A stretch of 64,000 nucleotides of DNA from the IMG/VR virus record IMGVR_UViG_3300011906_000002, positions 1 to 64,000 of that record; one strand, written 5' to 3'. The stretch is from an uncultured virus (IMG/VR IMGVR_UViG_3300011906_000002) (taxonomy: Duplodnaviria > Heunggongvirae > Uroviricota > Caudoviricetes). Under the pieces are notes generated by a model. The model was not told the origin of the DNA. It saw only the letters and a list, made by a program, of their open reading frames with translations, and did not search any database. Shown here piece after piece: positions 9,172-18,845 of the stretch. How positions within the stretch are numbered: the stretch's first letter is position 1; each line of letters starts with the position of its first letter. Made by a program: the position numbers and the translations under genes.

Positions 9172-9693
9172 ATGGGTACTTATATGGGATTCACCAAGCT
9201 AAGTAACCGCACGGCCTTCTCGTATGATGAGAACGCCAGCTATAAGCTGAAAGGGGACTATTGGCGGGTATGTGTTCCCTTCCGTTATTATGTGGGTAAT
9301 GAAGGCAGTAACGAGTGGGTCGACGTCGAACAAGGGTATCTAACAAACGGCGCTGACATCCCACGACTGATCTGGTCCCTGATCCCTCGTCACGGCGAAT
9401 ACGATCAAGCGGTTGCGTTACACGACCGGCTTTGCGAGAAGCCTGAAGTCATGACGCCCACCGGACCTAAAATAATAACCCGTGCAGAAGTTGATGCTAT
9501 TTTCTATGAAGCACTTGCGGTTTTAAAAGTGTCAACATGGAAACTCATTTTAATCAAAGGGGGCGTAGACCTATACCGTACATTAAACGGTGGTAAGTTT
9601 ACCAAACCTAGTCTTGCTAAAGTACACCTTCAAACTGATCCTGTCGTATTGAAACAATTTTTCGACGGGTTTGTCCTTAAGACTGTCCTTTAG
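9172..9693 (+). CDS. DUF1353-like protein
   Basis: GYLTNGADIPRLIWSLIP..GEY..AVALHDRL and ITRAEVDAIFYEAL match the DUF1353 pattern; AAGGAG SD. Confidence 0.75.
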   Translation: MGTYMGFTKLSNRTAFSYDENASYKLKGDYWRVCVPFRYYVGNEGSNEWVDVEQGYLTNGADIPRLIWSLIPRHGEYDQAVALHDRLCEKPEVMTPTGPKIITRAEVDAIFYEALAVLKVSTWKLILIKGGVDLYRTLNGGKFTKPSLAKVHLQTDPVVLKQFFDGFVLKTVL

Positions 9694-9724
9694 CCACAGC
9701 ACCAGTAATCAAGGGGAGAGCAGT

Positions 9725-10111
9725 ATGATTACATTGGACGCTATGGTGGAGAACGGCGACGTCATTCAAGTATTGCCTCACACTGTTTTCGTACCCATCG
9801 CTGAGATCGAGGATGACATCGAGAAGAGCTGCAGTGGTCATGTCACCTATAGGGTGAAGAACGACAGTCAATACTACCGTCAACGCTTTTGTTTGTATGT
9901 GGGAGAACAACTGTTCTCAGAGTTAAAACACCGTGAGGTGGATTTCCTCGTCAGTTTGGGTGAAATGCTCGAACGCCGCTTCAAGGAACAAGGGATGATG
10001 GTTGTAGAAATCTCTCTGCCTAAAAGCCACGGATACAGCGGACGTTCTTTCGGGTACTACAGCACGAAACGCCTGTTCAGTTCGGCAGGCATAAAAGGAT
10101 TTGGCGAATAA
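9725..10111 (+). CDS. Hypothetical protein
   Basis: GGGGAG SD and ATG 9725. Confidence 0.7.
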   Translation: MITLDAMVENGDVIQVLPHTVFVPIAEIEDDIEKSCSGHVTYRVKNDSQYYRQRFCLYVGEQLFSELKHREVDFLVSLGEMLERRFKEQGMMVVEISLPKSHGYSGRSFGYYSTKRLFSSAGIKGFGE

Positions 10112-11058
10112 ACGGCATAACGATCCCTAGGAGGCTCCCTACACGGGAGTCCTCCTTAGGGTGGCCCTGGGTCAAGGGGCGCTATCGTTACCGGTTGGCA
10201 CTCGTTGTGATTACACAAGAGAAACCATTTTCGAACGCTGCGACAATAGGTGTAGAGTGTACACGCAACTTGCGGCCAACGCCCAACAGGGTTTTACTAG
10301 AAGCCTGACTAAAGTTCTGGTTGGAGAGAACCTTAAAGAGAAGCTCCGTCTTTAAGAACGAAGATACCAAACCGCTAAAGAAAGCAGTCTTTCCACACTG
10401 AACGGCCCTACTGAGGTCACCGAGTGTTAGAAGCGACGCGAAACTGAAAACTGTCTCGTGAGAGACCTGCTGGTTTACAGCGCGAATTGTAGTAACGTCT
10501 TTGGTATTGCAAGTTTTGAACGGACTGTTTGACGACTGTACAGAACGACAGCCGCGTCCGTTCAGGACGATGTGATTATTCACAATGGCTAGTCCAAATA
10601 CGCAAGCTCGAAGCTTGTTTAAGATTATGGTACGTTGTCGGTACCTTAAGTGTGTAGCGAGAGCATTACTCTCAAAGTAAAGGTCAAGAAAATAATTAAT
10701 TACTCAAATCTGTAAAAAATTACATTTGTAGGGTTTTTAATGAGTGTTAAAGATGCGCTCCATCACTGACTCATCGTGCAGGTGGTGAGGGTTACGAAAG
10801 CCCTTTCAGCGCCTAAGAGCGCTTAACGTGTGGCCTGGTTTGACAGCCAGGAGACAAACGAGAACGATTATGGACCGTCAATTCATAGTCAGCCGTCAAG
10901 CCTATACCTTGCCTTTGTGCGTGGGTGTTGTTAGGTGACGGGGTTAGACCGACCACTAAGCGCGGAGTGCACCCGTTGGCTTAGTGGTCGGGATGACTTT
11001 TATGCCGTCATAAAGGGCGAGGCCTCCCCGCGCAGGGGAAGCCTCGTCTATGCCGTCC
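10112..11058. ncRNA. Long structured intergenic region: candidate large ncRNA(s) and/or replication origin
   Basis: About 950 nt with no credible CDS, more than 10 stem-loops, nested pairings, and an AT-rich spacer at about 10677-10752. Confidence 0.45.
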
Positions 11059-12588
11059 TTAGTTAGCCCACCAGGTATCTACTTGATCGTCTGAAGAAAC
11101 TGCACTACCACCCACTGCCTTACACGAGAGGTCTGGTCCGTTGATGTCATCCGGTATACCAGCCACAGGTTGGAACTGCAGTACGGTAAAGAGGTCTGCT
11201 GCCGGGGTTATGCCGAGCTTACGATGTTTCCCCCGCTGACAGGTCAGGTAGCTCTTACCGTTGGCTTTCTCAATGTGAATCGAGATCTCCATATCAACTT
11301 CTTGGTCGATGGTCCGGCAGGAGTCATAATAACCTTTGTTAGCAATCTCCTGGACAAAGTTCTCGATGTTGGAACGCACGAGTTCTTTAGCTTGAGTCGA
11401 CAGCTGGTGCGGAGTGATATAGGTGATGCCACGGGGTGCATTGAAGTTACGCATACGGCGGAACAGGTCACGGGTTTCAAAACCGTGGGGGCCTTGTTGA
11501 CAACCCTTCTTATTAATCATGTTCAAGTAGTCGAACACGCAGAAGTGGATCTCGTAGCCTTCGGACTCGTAGCGAGTGATCAAGTCCATGTAGTCACGGT
11601 AGGTAAAGAGGCTGGGGTCTACCCGAAGCATCCGGACAGCGTAGCCAGTCGCTTGTAGCTTTTCCTTGACGTACTTAGAGGCATACTCAATGTCGACCTC
11701 ACGCAACACCACAGGCTCTTTGCTTTCGTTCTCTTTCAACGAGACGTAGAGCTGCATGATGTTATCGTTGAGGTTGTTCTCCGCCGAGATGTGTACACCC
11801 ATAGGCTTCTTAGCAGGGTCACGCATGTACGGTTGGTTATAGATGCAGAAGTGCTTGAAAATGTTCAGGGTAAAGCCAGTCTTAAAGTTGTGCTGCAAGG
11901 CACCCACTAGAATCTGCTCACCTCGACGTGCACCGTCCTGATCCCCGAACATACGGTTGATCGCTTGCCAACCGGTCTTGAGAATGCCTTCACTGGAGAG
12001 TTCATCACGCGACTGTTCCAGTAGTTCCAGAACCTTCTCCATGTCGTCCAGGTCAGCTTCCCCAACAATGGCTGGGTTGACTGAAGCGCCGGTGCCGGCT
12101 TGGTAAGGTTCCAAAGCCCCTAAGATCTCACCCACAAAGTCTTTGGTGATCGCACCTCGGTGGAACGCCAGCTTGTGGTAGTTGTTCTTGAGGATCTCTT
12201 CAACCGCTGCCAGGTTGACGTAGGAGTTAAGTGACATGCGGTATTCAAGCACCGCCTTCTTAACAGCGCCAACGTCAGCGAGGTCTTGCGTGGCCATCTC
12301 CACGGCTTGGTAGAGATACTCGTCATCACCAACGTTTACACGTATCCTTTGAAGCAGCATTCCACGGTCGTAGTCTTGTGTCGGCGGGTTGCCGATCATC
12401 CACAAGGCGGTACTGCGCAGCGAGATCAAGGTATCGCGACTACGATCCATCTCGACAGTGGTATCAGGAAGCTTGATTGTGCCGACCACCGTGTTGGCCA
12501 ACTCAGCCGAGTTGCTCGTGCGGTTGTCCAGTTGACTTTCCCGATACAGTAGGGTGATCACCTGAACTAGCAGAATATTGAAGTCCAT
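11059..12588 (-). CDS. DnaB-like replicative helicase (phiKZ gp118-like)
   Basis: ILKTGWQAINRM, variant Walker A GALQHNFKT, HISAEN, VFDYLN, TPHQLS and RGKHR; located next to the capsid gene. Confidence 0.85.
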   Translation of the reverse strand: MDFNILLVQVITLLYRESQLDNRTSNSAELANTVVGTIKLPDTTVEMDRSRDTLISLRSTALWMIGNPPTQDYDRGMLLQRIRVNVGDDEYLYQAVEMATQDLADVGAVKKAVLEYRMSLNSYVNLAAVEEILKNNYHKLAFHRGAITKDFVGEILGALEPYQAGTGASVNPAIVGEADLDDMEKVLELLEQSRDELSSEGILKTGWQAINRMFGDQDGARRGEQILVGALQHNFKTGFTLNIFKHFCIYNQPYMRDPAKKPMGVHISAENNLNDNIMQLYVSLKENESKEPVVLREVDIEYASKYVKEKLQATGYAVRMLRVDPSLFTYRDYMDLITRYESEGYEIHFCVFDYLNMINKKGCQQGPHGFETRDLFRRMRNFNAPRGITYITPHQLSTQAKELVRSNIENFVQEIANKGYYDSCRTIDQEVDMEISIHIEKANGKSYLTCQRGKHRKLGITPAADLFTVLQFQPVAGIPDDINGPDLSCKAVGGSAVSSDDQVDTWWAN

Positions 12589-12612
12589 TGTCTTTCCTAG
12601 GAGTCTAAAAGC

Positions 12613-13134
12613 ATGAAGTTGATCATCGTACCCCGGTGGCTTGAGCAAACCTTAGCGGCGAATGGGTTGCCGTTGTCTGCTGTCACCGACGTAAAGAAAA
12701 TTCTGTCTATAACATCAGCTGAGGATGTATCAGTTTACGCCAAGGTGAATCTCACCGCTCTTCAGTTGGGTAATGCTACTTATACAGGTTGCTACGACAT
12801 CGTCCAACAAACCCTGAATTTGGAGGATAGTCGCATCAGTTCGTACCTGAGTTACCTCAACATGAAAGAGGCCTCCATCAACCACATGGAGCACCTGATT
12901 GGTCGCAATTTCGTAGAGGGTGCGCCACTATGTTATAGCTGCACTGTGCTGGATGATGAACACATCGTTATCACGCTGGGTCAGCATGCGGTGGGAACAC
13001 CAGTCGACGAAGTGCTGAAAGCCGAGCGCCTGTTTAAGGAGCGGTTGTTTGGTCAACATTTGCTGACGAAAAAGCTACCTGAGTTGTCTCGTGAGCCGGT
13101 GTTCATCAATTACTTGAAAGGTTTGGCCGCCTAA
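12613..13134 (+). CDS. Conserved hypothetical protein upstream of the major capsid gene
   Basis: AGGAG SD; syntenic position between helicase and capsid. Confidence 0.7.
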   Translation: MKLIIVPRWLEQTLAANGLPLSAVTDVKKILSITSAEDVSVYAKVNLTALQLGNATYTGCYDIVQQTLNLEDSRISSYLSYLNMKEASINHMEHLIGRNFVEGAPLCYSCTVLDDEHIVITLGQHAVGTPVDEVLKAERLFKERLFGQHLLTKKLPELSREPVFINYLKGLAA

Positions 13135-13308
13135 CTCTATCCTATGGAGTTTAGCACCAATCCGCCAACTTTCTGCTTTCCGTTTTAGAAAGTGGATTTT
13201 TTTGCAAATGGTATAGCAGCAAATTGTTTCTCTCAGATGTGCTTACACTATGAGGCAACTTCTGCCGTACTCCCCACTTGTATCTTGAAATAAGGTAAGG
13301 ACTCACAC

Positions 13309-15498
13309 ATGTCTCGTATCAATTCGAAAGGTGGACAGGGTTCCGCTCTGGCCATGGCTGTTGGTGCTCTGCGTAGCACTATCGATTCTCAGGGCACTGA
13401 CCTCAGTTCCCGTCAGATCACTCAAAGCGTGATCAGCATGGAATCTCTGGACCATGCAGCACTGGGCGAGCTGACTCGCACTGCTGACATGCTCAAGGGC
13501 GAAATCAAGAACGCTCTGCAGATCTCCCTCGAAAGCGACGAAGAAGGCGGCGAGCAGCTGACCGACGCGCAGCTCGAAGCTGGTGCTATCGCGGCCATGG
13601 CTGCTGGTGCTCCTGCTGAGTACGCTGAAGTGGCTCTGCGTTCTGCTCCTGCTGAAGGCGGCGAGCGTCTGGAAGTTGCAACCTCCGGTTCGGCCGGTGC
13701 TGTTGACACCCGCGAAACTCCGTCCCTCGAATCGTTCGACGAGCGTGAACTGGCCAAGTTCATTCCTTACTCGATCGCGTTCAACGTGAAAGCCTCGCGT
13801 CAGGACAGCTTCAGCGAAATGTTCTACCCGACTACCGTTGTCAGCCCCGACCAGGGCGGTTACGAAGTCAACCTGCGTCGCACCCTCGTGCACAATGCCA
13901 TCCAGCACAGCGGCACTGGCGCTCGTAGCGACTGGCAGCGCAAGAACCTGGTTCACGCCGCAATCGACGCCACCATCCTGGCTGACGAAAGCACTGCGCT
14001 GATCCCGACTGTTCTGGCCAACGGCAGCAACGCCGACAAGTTCGTCCCAGAAGCTCTGGTTGCACCGACCACTCGCCGTATCGGCAACATCGACGTCGTC
14101 ACTGCTCCGCTGCTGCTCGGTCAACAAGTTGACCTGCTGGGTCTGTCGAGCCACCCAGGCCTGCTGGGCGCTGGTTTCATCGACCACACTGATGCCATCG
14201 ACGCTGCTATCAGCCTCGAGAAGCTCTACGTTCAGCTCGACGAAGGCGACGCTGCCAACAGCGTAGCACCGACTGTCGTGCGTTTCAACACTCTGCGTCT
14301 GGCTCGTGCCGGTTTCGTGAAGTCGGTTGAAGGCGACGGCCGTGAAATGGCTCTGGCGTTCCGTACTCAGGATCTGATCCTCGATGCGAGCACCACTGAC
14401 GTTGCTGGCGTTCAGCCTGCAATCCTGCAAGCCGTTCGTGACGCTGGTTACACTGTCCGCCTGTCGGTCAACGTGACTGGTACTGTCAACGTTCAGCTGG
14501 GTAACGCCGAACTCTTCGCTTCGAAGGTCAACGTTGCCTCGATCGTCGACGCTGACGGTAACGAAATCAGCCTGGCTTCCGGCGCTGGTCGCACCATCGC
14601 TCAAGCGCTGACTGCCGAAGCCAAAGCTCTGGCTTACGACGTGAAAGCGGCTCGTACCAACAGCAACCGTCGTACTCGTGGTCTGCTGCTGGATCACAAC
14701 GATCAAGTCTTCCGTTACACCATCCCACTCGGCGCACCGATCTCCGCTCCGAGCCCGGCTGGTTCCAACCGCGATGCTCGCGACCTGGAAAGCCTGATCG
14801 ACGCCGTACGCGTTCGCAACACCAACAACGCGGTTACCCGCATGCTCAACTACATCAGCACTCTGAAAGAGTACGTTGGTGGCGTTCAGCGTAAAGGTTG
14901 CCTGCCGTCGGTTGAAGGCGTGGGCGGATTCCTGGTTCAGCCGTTCTTCGAAGACATCGTCATCGACATGGAAGAGCAGGTTTCCTCGATCCGTGACATC
15001 GACCGTGCTGCTGACGTCAACGCACTGCTGGTTAACGCCATCCGTGACGTAGCCTACCGCATGTACCGCTCTTCTGGCTTCCAGCCTGCGCTGAACGCCT
15101 CGAGCAACGGTTCCAACCAGCCGAAGCTGCTGATCGGTACTGACGTACTGCTGCAGCGTCACCTGATGGTCACTGGCGACAGCCGTACCTTCGGTATCGC
15201 GTTCGCTGACTACCAGATCGAGTCCACCTTCGATTCGCGCATGAACGACACCATCATCATCGCCATGACCCGTCAGGGCCAGTGTGAAGCTGGTGACCCG
15301 CTGCAGTGGGGCGTTCACGCTTGGATTCCTGAGCTGGCTTCCAGCATGATGGTAGCTCGTGACGGCGGTACTTACCCAGAAGCCATGGTTCAGCCGCGTA
15401 ACCTGCACGTGAACAACGTACCGGTCGCAGCTCGCATCAAGGTTGTCAACCTGGACAAGGTACTGACCAACCGTCAGACTGTTGTAGCCGTAGCCTAA
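13309..15498 (+). CDS. Major capsid protein precursor (phiKZ gp120-like)
   Basis: 729 aa with very strong codon bias; S-x-E prohead-protease-type sites in the N-terminal region (SMES, SLES, PSLE141); RQDSFSEMFYPT; followed by double UUCG hairpins. Confidence 0.88.
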   Translation: MSRINSKGGQGSALAMAVGALRSTIDSQGTDLSSRQITQSVISMESLDHAALGELTRTADMLKGEIKNALQISLESDEEGGEQLTDAQLEAGAIAAMAAGAPAEYAEVALRSAPAEGGERLEVATSGSAGAVDTRETPSLESFDERELAKFIPYSIAFNVKASRQDSFSEMFYPTTVVSPDQGGYEVNLRRTLVHNAIQHSGTGARSDWQRKNLVHAAIDATILADESTALIPTVLANGSNADKFVPEALVAPTTRRIGNIDVVTAPLLLGQQVDLLGLSSHPGLLGAGFIDHTDAIDAAISLEKLYVQLDEGDAANSVAPTVVRFNTLRLARAGFVKSVEGDGREMALAFRTQDLILDASTTDVAGVQPAILQAVRDAGYTVRLSVNVTGTVNVQLGNAELFASKVNVASIVDADGNEISLASGAGRTIAQALTAEAKALAYDVKAARTNSNRRTRGLLLDHNDQVFRYTIPLGAPISAPSPAGSNRDARDLESLIDAVRVRNTNNAVTRMLNYISTLKEYVGGVQRKGCLPSVEGVGGFLVQPFFEDIVIDMEEQVSSIRDIDRAADVNALLVNAIRDVAYRMYRSSGFQPALNASSNGSNQPKLLIGTDVLLQRHLMVTGDSRTFGIAFADYQIESTFDSRMNDTIIIAMTRQGQCEAGDPLQWGVHAWIPELASSMMVARDGGTYPEAMVQPRNLHVNNVPVAARIKVVNLDKVLTNRQTVVAVA

Positions 15499-15522
15499 AG
15501 CTGCGTCCACGACAGGTTGACT

Positions 15523-15619
15523 TTACGGACCTTCGGGTCCGTAAGGTTGAGTCCTTAAGTGGGGACACTGGAATCCTTGGGAGACTTCGGTCTCTCAAGG
15601 GCTCCTTTCTTTTATGCCG
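15523..15619 (+). terminator. Tandem UUCG hairpins and T-rich tail after the capsid gene
   Basis: TTACGGACC-TTCG-GGTCCGTAA (15523-15544) and CCTTGGGAGAC-TTCG-GTCTCTCAAGG (15575-15600), then TTTCTTTTATGCCG. Confidence 0.75.
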
Positions 15620-15633
15620 TCTGTTTCCTAAAT

Positions 15634-15657
15634 AAAAATATTTCAGATCTATATTAC
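15634..15657 (+). promoter_or_regulatory. Candidate early promoter
   Basis: Exact TATATTAC at 15650-15657 preceded by AAAAATATTTCAGATC; heads four small ORFs. Confidence 0.6.
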
Positions 15658-15714
15658 TCTTGTGAATAGAATACAAATAACTGTATTCATCCCTAAGTTC
15701 TCAGGAGAACTAAA

Positions 15715-15993
15715 ATGGATCTGACTAAAGCAATGTTCGTGTTTCAACAAGTCGCTCGTGTTGGTGTCAATGATGAGATGCCCAAAGAGCTGTATCTGGC
15801 CCGCGCTGCTACTGGGGTTGACACTTGGATGGTTTGTGGTGTGTTTGAAGTAGATGGTCAGAAGTACTTCGATACTATCGTCCATAGCGGCTTTAGCTGG
15901 AAGCGCAATACCTCGAACATAATGTTCGAAGAAGATACGGTTGAAGAGTTGGTTAAAGAACGTCATTTTGTTCTGGTAGCCAAATCTGTTTGA
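15715..15993 (+). CDS. Hypothetical protein
   Basis: AGGAG SD; 92 aa. Confidence 0.75.
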   Translation: MDLTKAMFVFQQVARVGVNDEMPKELYLARAATGVDTWMVCGVFEVDGQKYFDTIVHSGFSWKRNTSNIMFEEDTVEELVKERHFVLVAKSV

Positions 15994-16021
15994 CCTTTAA
16001 ACTTTTGATGGGGATGGACTC

Positions 16022-16531
16022 ATGTCAGTAGAAACCACCGTAACACAAACGGCCGATAGCTTTGCTCAGATTCAATACGCGTTGGTGTTGGAGTTCAAAG
16101 GGAAGCTCAAAGAACATGCAGAGACTTTCGATGCAAGCAAACTCCCTCAGCTGCATCAGGAATTGCAAACCCTGCAGGCGCAGCTTAATGAAATCGAAAG
16201 TCTGCGTACCAGAACCCTACAACTGGGTAAACAAAAAGAAGAGCGTCGAGCATCCTTTGCAGATGTAGCGTCTATGTTGGGTCCTCACATGAGTCGTGTT
16301 CCTTATATGACCATGGACTCTTTGAGTGAAGCAGTCCTCAATTCCATCGGTGGCGACATCTCCTCTCTGGATACGATGGACACTCAGGCACTTACCTCAG
16401 TGTTTGACTTTGCCATCACTATCGTTCGAAAACACCATCCAAGAATCTATACTGTGGTGCTAACCGAGGGAGTTGATACCCTCGATAAAGTACGCAAATT
16501 CTTAACCGCTGTAATTCAACAACAACTGTAA
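16022..16531 (+). CDS. Hypothetical coiled-coil protein
   Basis: ORF in an operon; heptad-like LHQELQTLQAQLNEIESL. Confidence 0.75.
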   Translation: MSVETTVTQTADSFAQIQYALVLEFKGKLKEHAETFDASKLPQLHQELQTLQAQLNEIESLRTRTLQLGKQKEERRASFADVASMLGPHMSRVPYMTMDSLSEAVLNSIGGDISSLDTMDTQALTSVFDFAITIVRKHHPRIYTVVLTEGVDTLDKVRKFLTAVIQQQL

Positions 16532-16558
16532 CACCCCTCAGTTCTAAGGAGAACACAG

Positions 16559-17134
16559 ATGTCTTTTAACCTTAACGATGTTATAGCTAACTATAAAGAC
16601 GAATCTGATTTTCGTGTAATCGATGGTGTGCCTCGCAATTTCTCAGTTGAAATGGTTTACGAACGTCGTATTAAAGGCAGACACAGTGTAGCGGGGATTT
16701 ATTATGTCCCTGAAAAGGACTATGTCTTCTTCGTCAACAGTGTCGGTGCAGTGGGTATCAATCAGTTTGGGCACCTAGCTACTTGGGATTGTATCCCAGA
16801 GCTGACCACAGGTCTTAAGGTTTCCAATTTCCTACAAGACCCTTTCATGGCGTTGAGGGCATTGACAACACCCGATCCTGTTAGCGTATTGCGTGGCAGT
16901 GACTTGGAACAATCGGTCAGGGCCACTATGGTTGGTATGGCGGCTGTGGAAAAAGCCATGTTGGGCGAATACCGCCAACAGTTAGATCAACTGGGTACAG
17001 ACCTTACTGTTGAACAGTTGTCTGATTTACAGCAGGGGTTGGATAGCCTGCAGAAAAAATTGCGGCGTCTGGAGAGTCTGAAGGAAGAGTTCCAAGAGCT
17101 AAGTCTACCAGACATCTACGTTCGCAATCATTAA
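16559..17134 (+). CDS. Hypothetical protein with C-terminal coiled coil
   Basis: TAAGGAG SD. Confidence 0.75.
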   Translation: MSFNLNDVIANYKDESDFRVIDGVPRNFSVEMVYERRIKGRHSVAGIYYVPEKDYVFFVNSVGAVGINQFGHLATWDCIPELTTGLKVSNFLQDPFMALRALTTPDPVSVLRGSDLEQSVRATMVGMAAVEKAMLGEYRQQLDQLGTDLTVEQLSDLQQGLDSLQKKLRRLESLKEEFQELSLPDIYVRNH

Positions 17135-17170
17135 GTTACACTAACCTTAAACTTTAAGAGAGAACCTCTA

Positions 17171-17527
17171 ATGAAACTGAGTAATAAAGATCTGGGCAAA
17201 CACATCATCGCCCTGCTACAAAACCGTCTGGAACTGAACCTGAAGTTCGGTTGTTTGGATGACGTCGAAGTGCAATTCACTCGCGGTGAGCTGACCGCGA
17301 TCACCAACCGCAGTCGTATCGAAGACTCCACAGTCAGCAGCATGATCACCGAGATTCGTGATGCAGGCTTTCAGGTCTCAGGTGCTGGGCGTTCGGACTT
17401 CTTCCTGATCACCGCTAACGTCCGGCGCCGGATGACTCGCGTGACCTCGCTACAAGCACTCGAAGAGGACAATGAGTTCTTCGAAGAACTTGCGATCCGC
17501 TACGAACCAGTGAACGCTGCTGAATAA
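17171..17527 (+). CDS. Hypothetical protein
   Basis: ORF followed by CGGCATA, a hairpin and a T-run. Confidence 0.7.
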   Translation: MKLSNKDLGKHIIALLQNRLELNLKFGCLDDVEVQFTRGELTAITNRSRIEDSTVSSMITEIRDAGFQVSGAGRSDFFLITANVRRRMTRVTSLQALEEDNEFFEELAIRYEPVNAAE

Positions 17528-17528
17528 G

Positions 17529-17572
17529 CGGCATAAAAAAGAGAGGGGCTTTATGCCCTTCTTTTTTTTTTG
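17529..17572 (+). terminator. Terminator
   Basis: CGGCATA-A-run-GAGGGGC-TTAT-GCCCTTC followed by a long T-run. Confidence 0.7.
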
Positions 17573-17638
17573 TGATTGAAACAGATTACAGGTATATATT
17601 ATCGAAGGGAGTGTGGTCAGTAGATAAGGCTACGAACT

Positions 17639-18817
17639 ATGACGCATCAGTATATCCACCACCCAGAAGCGTTGAATGCGTTAGCCAGTATTCTGGAACA
17701 ACCTTTCAACCCCGCAAACAGTGAAGGCTCTCCATGTCGAATGGAGAAGGAGTTCTTTAACGGGTTATCAGAACCGGTTACGATAGTCGAACGGTCAGGG
17801 CTACCCATCAGCATTATCCCAATGCGCATTGAGTATCCCAATGCATTCTTGGTTCGGTACACCTTCACGTACAACCGAAGTGTAAAAATTGACATCGAGC
17901 GTCTATCTAATGCGAAGTGTGAAACAAGCCGAGCGATGCGGGATGCAATCCGCCATGGCTCAGTCAAAGAGGGTGCTTTCGGTAAGATGGCAGTCTCAAT
18001 AACCTATGCTGTTACCAAAGAACAGTTAACCAAAGGAGGTGGTTCCCTATATCTCACAAACCTTGACATCGTGGTCTCCACGATGCAGGGGCACTATGTC
18101 CCGCGTCATCCCTACAACCTCGATGGCATTCGTAATTACCTGGTAGGTCGGGAAGAAACAATCAACACGATAGGCTCGTTTGGGTATGCGATACAGATCG
18201 TAGACAATGAGGGGATCTACGGTAAACGCTACATCAATATTAATAAGGAAATTTACGAGATCAGTCCTACTGTGGATCGCAGTCGCGTCAGTGGTGTGTA
18301 CCACGCGAAGACTGCACCGATTGGGGAAAATGGTGTTGTGCCACCTCCCATTGCAATGCTCTATTCATTCGAAGAAGCAGAACAGTACTTGGGATTCTTC
18401 AAGACTATTGAGGAAGCTCGAATACTCGGCGACATCAGCGAAGAACAACGGCGAGAGCTTGAAGCGCGTGCGCTGGAGCTTAAGCGGGACATCGCTGAGT
18501 TTAATGCCGCTAAGCTGAATCAGGATCGAGCGTTTGATGAACAAAAGCGAGCCTTCGAACTTAGCCGACTCGAGGAAGAAGAGGCCCGCCGGACGCGCGA
18601 GAACGACTGGAAGCGCCAAGAGACTGAACAATCTATTCGGTTAATGAGATTGAAGGAAGAGATAGCCTCCCTTGAGCATAACCGCTCGATGGATTCGCTG
18701 ACTCGTAAAGACCATTTTGAGGAGCGCAGTTACGTTCGAAAGGACAGCTCTGAATTCTTCAAGTGGGTTCCTGGTTTGATTGGTGCAGGTGCAGCATTGT
18801 TTCTCGCGTTACGATAA
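17639..18817 (+). CDS. Conserved jumbo-phage protein with C-terminal coiled coil and hydrophobic tail
   Basis: Charged E/R-rich helix followed by WVPGLIGAGAALFLALR; directly upstream of the RNAP subunit gene. Confidence 0.7.
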   Translation: MTHQYIHHPEALNALASILEQPFNPANSEGSPCRMEKEFFNGLSEPVTIVERSGLPISIIPMRIEYPNAFLVRYTFTYNRSVKIDIERLSNAKCETSRAMRDAIRHGSVKEGAFGKMAVSITYAVTKEQLTKGGGSLYLTNLDIVVSTMQGHYVPRHPYNLDGIRNYLVGREETINTIGSFGYAIQIVDNEGIYGKRYININKEIYEISPTVDRSRVSGVYHAKTAPIGENGVVPPPIAMLYSFEEAEQYLGFFKTIEEARILGDISEEQRRELEARALELKRDIAEFNAAKLNQDRAFDEQKRAFELSRLEEEEARRTRENDWKRQETEQSIRLMRLKEEIASLEHNRSMDSLTRKDHFEERSYVRKDSSEFFKWVPGLIGAGAALFLALR

Positions 18818-18845
18818 CACGCTAACACAGCAGGGTTAATCTAAC

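Noticed and set aside
10161..10583. Short ORFs (64 aa +, 131 aa -) in the structured region; tmRNA, tRNA, hammerhead or group I intron identity
   Set aside because: No SD or plausible protein. No tRNA-like TpsiC/CCA end or tag peptide, and no CUGAUGA core. A possible P7-like GACUG/UAGUC pair exists, but P/Q elements and a host gene are not evident.
13303..15510. 735-aa ORF antisense to the capsid gene
   Set aside because: It mirrors a highly codon-biased gene almost exactly. Avoidance of TTA/CTA/TCA codons on the sense strand removes antisense stops, and the product has no motifs.
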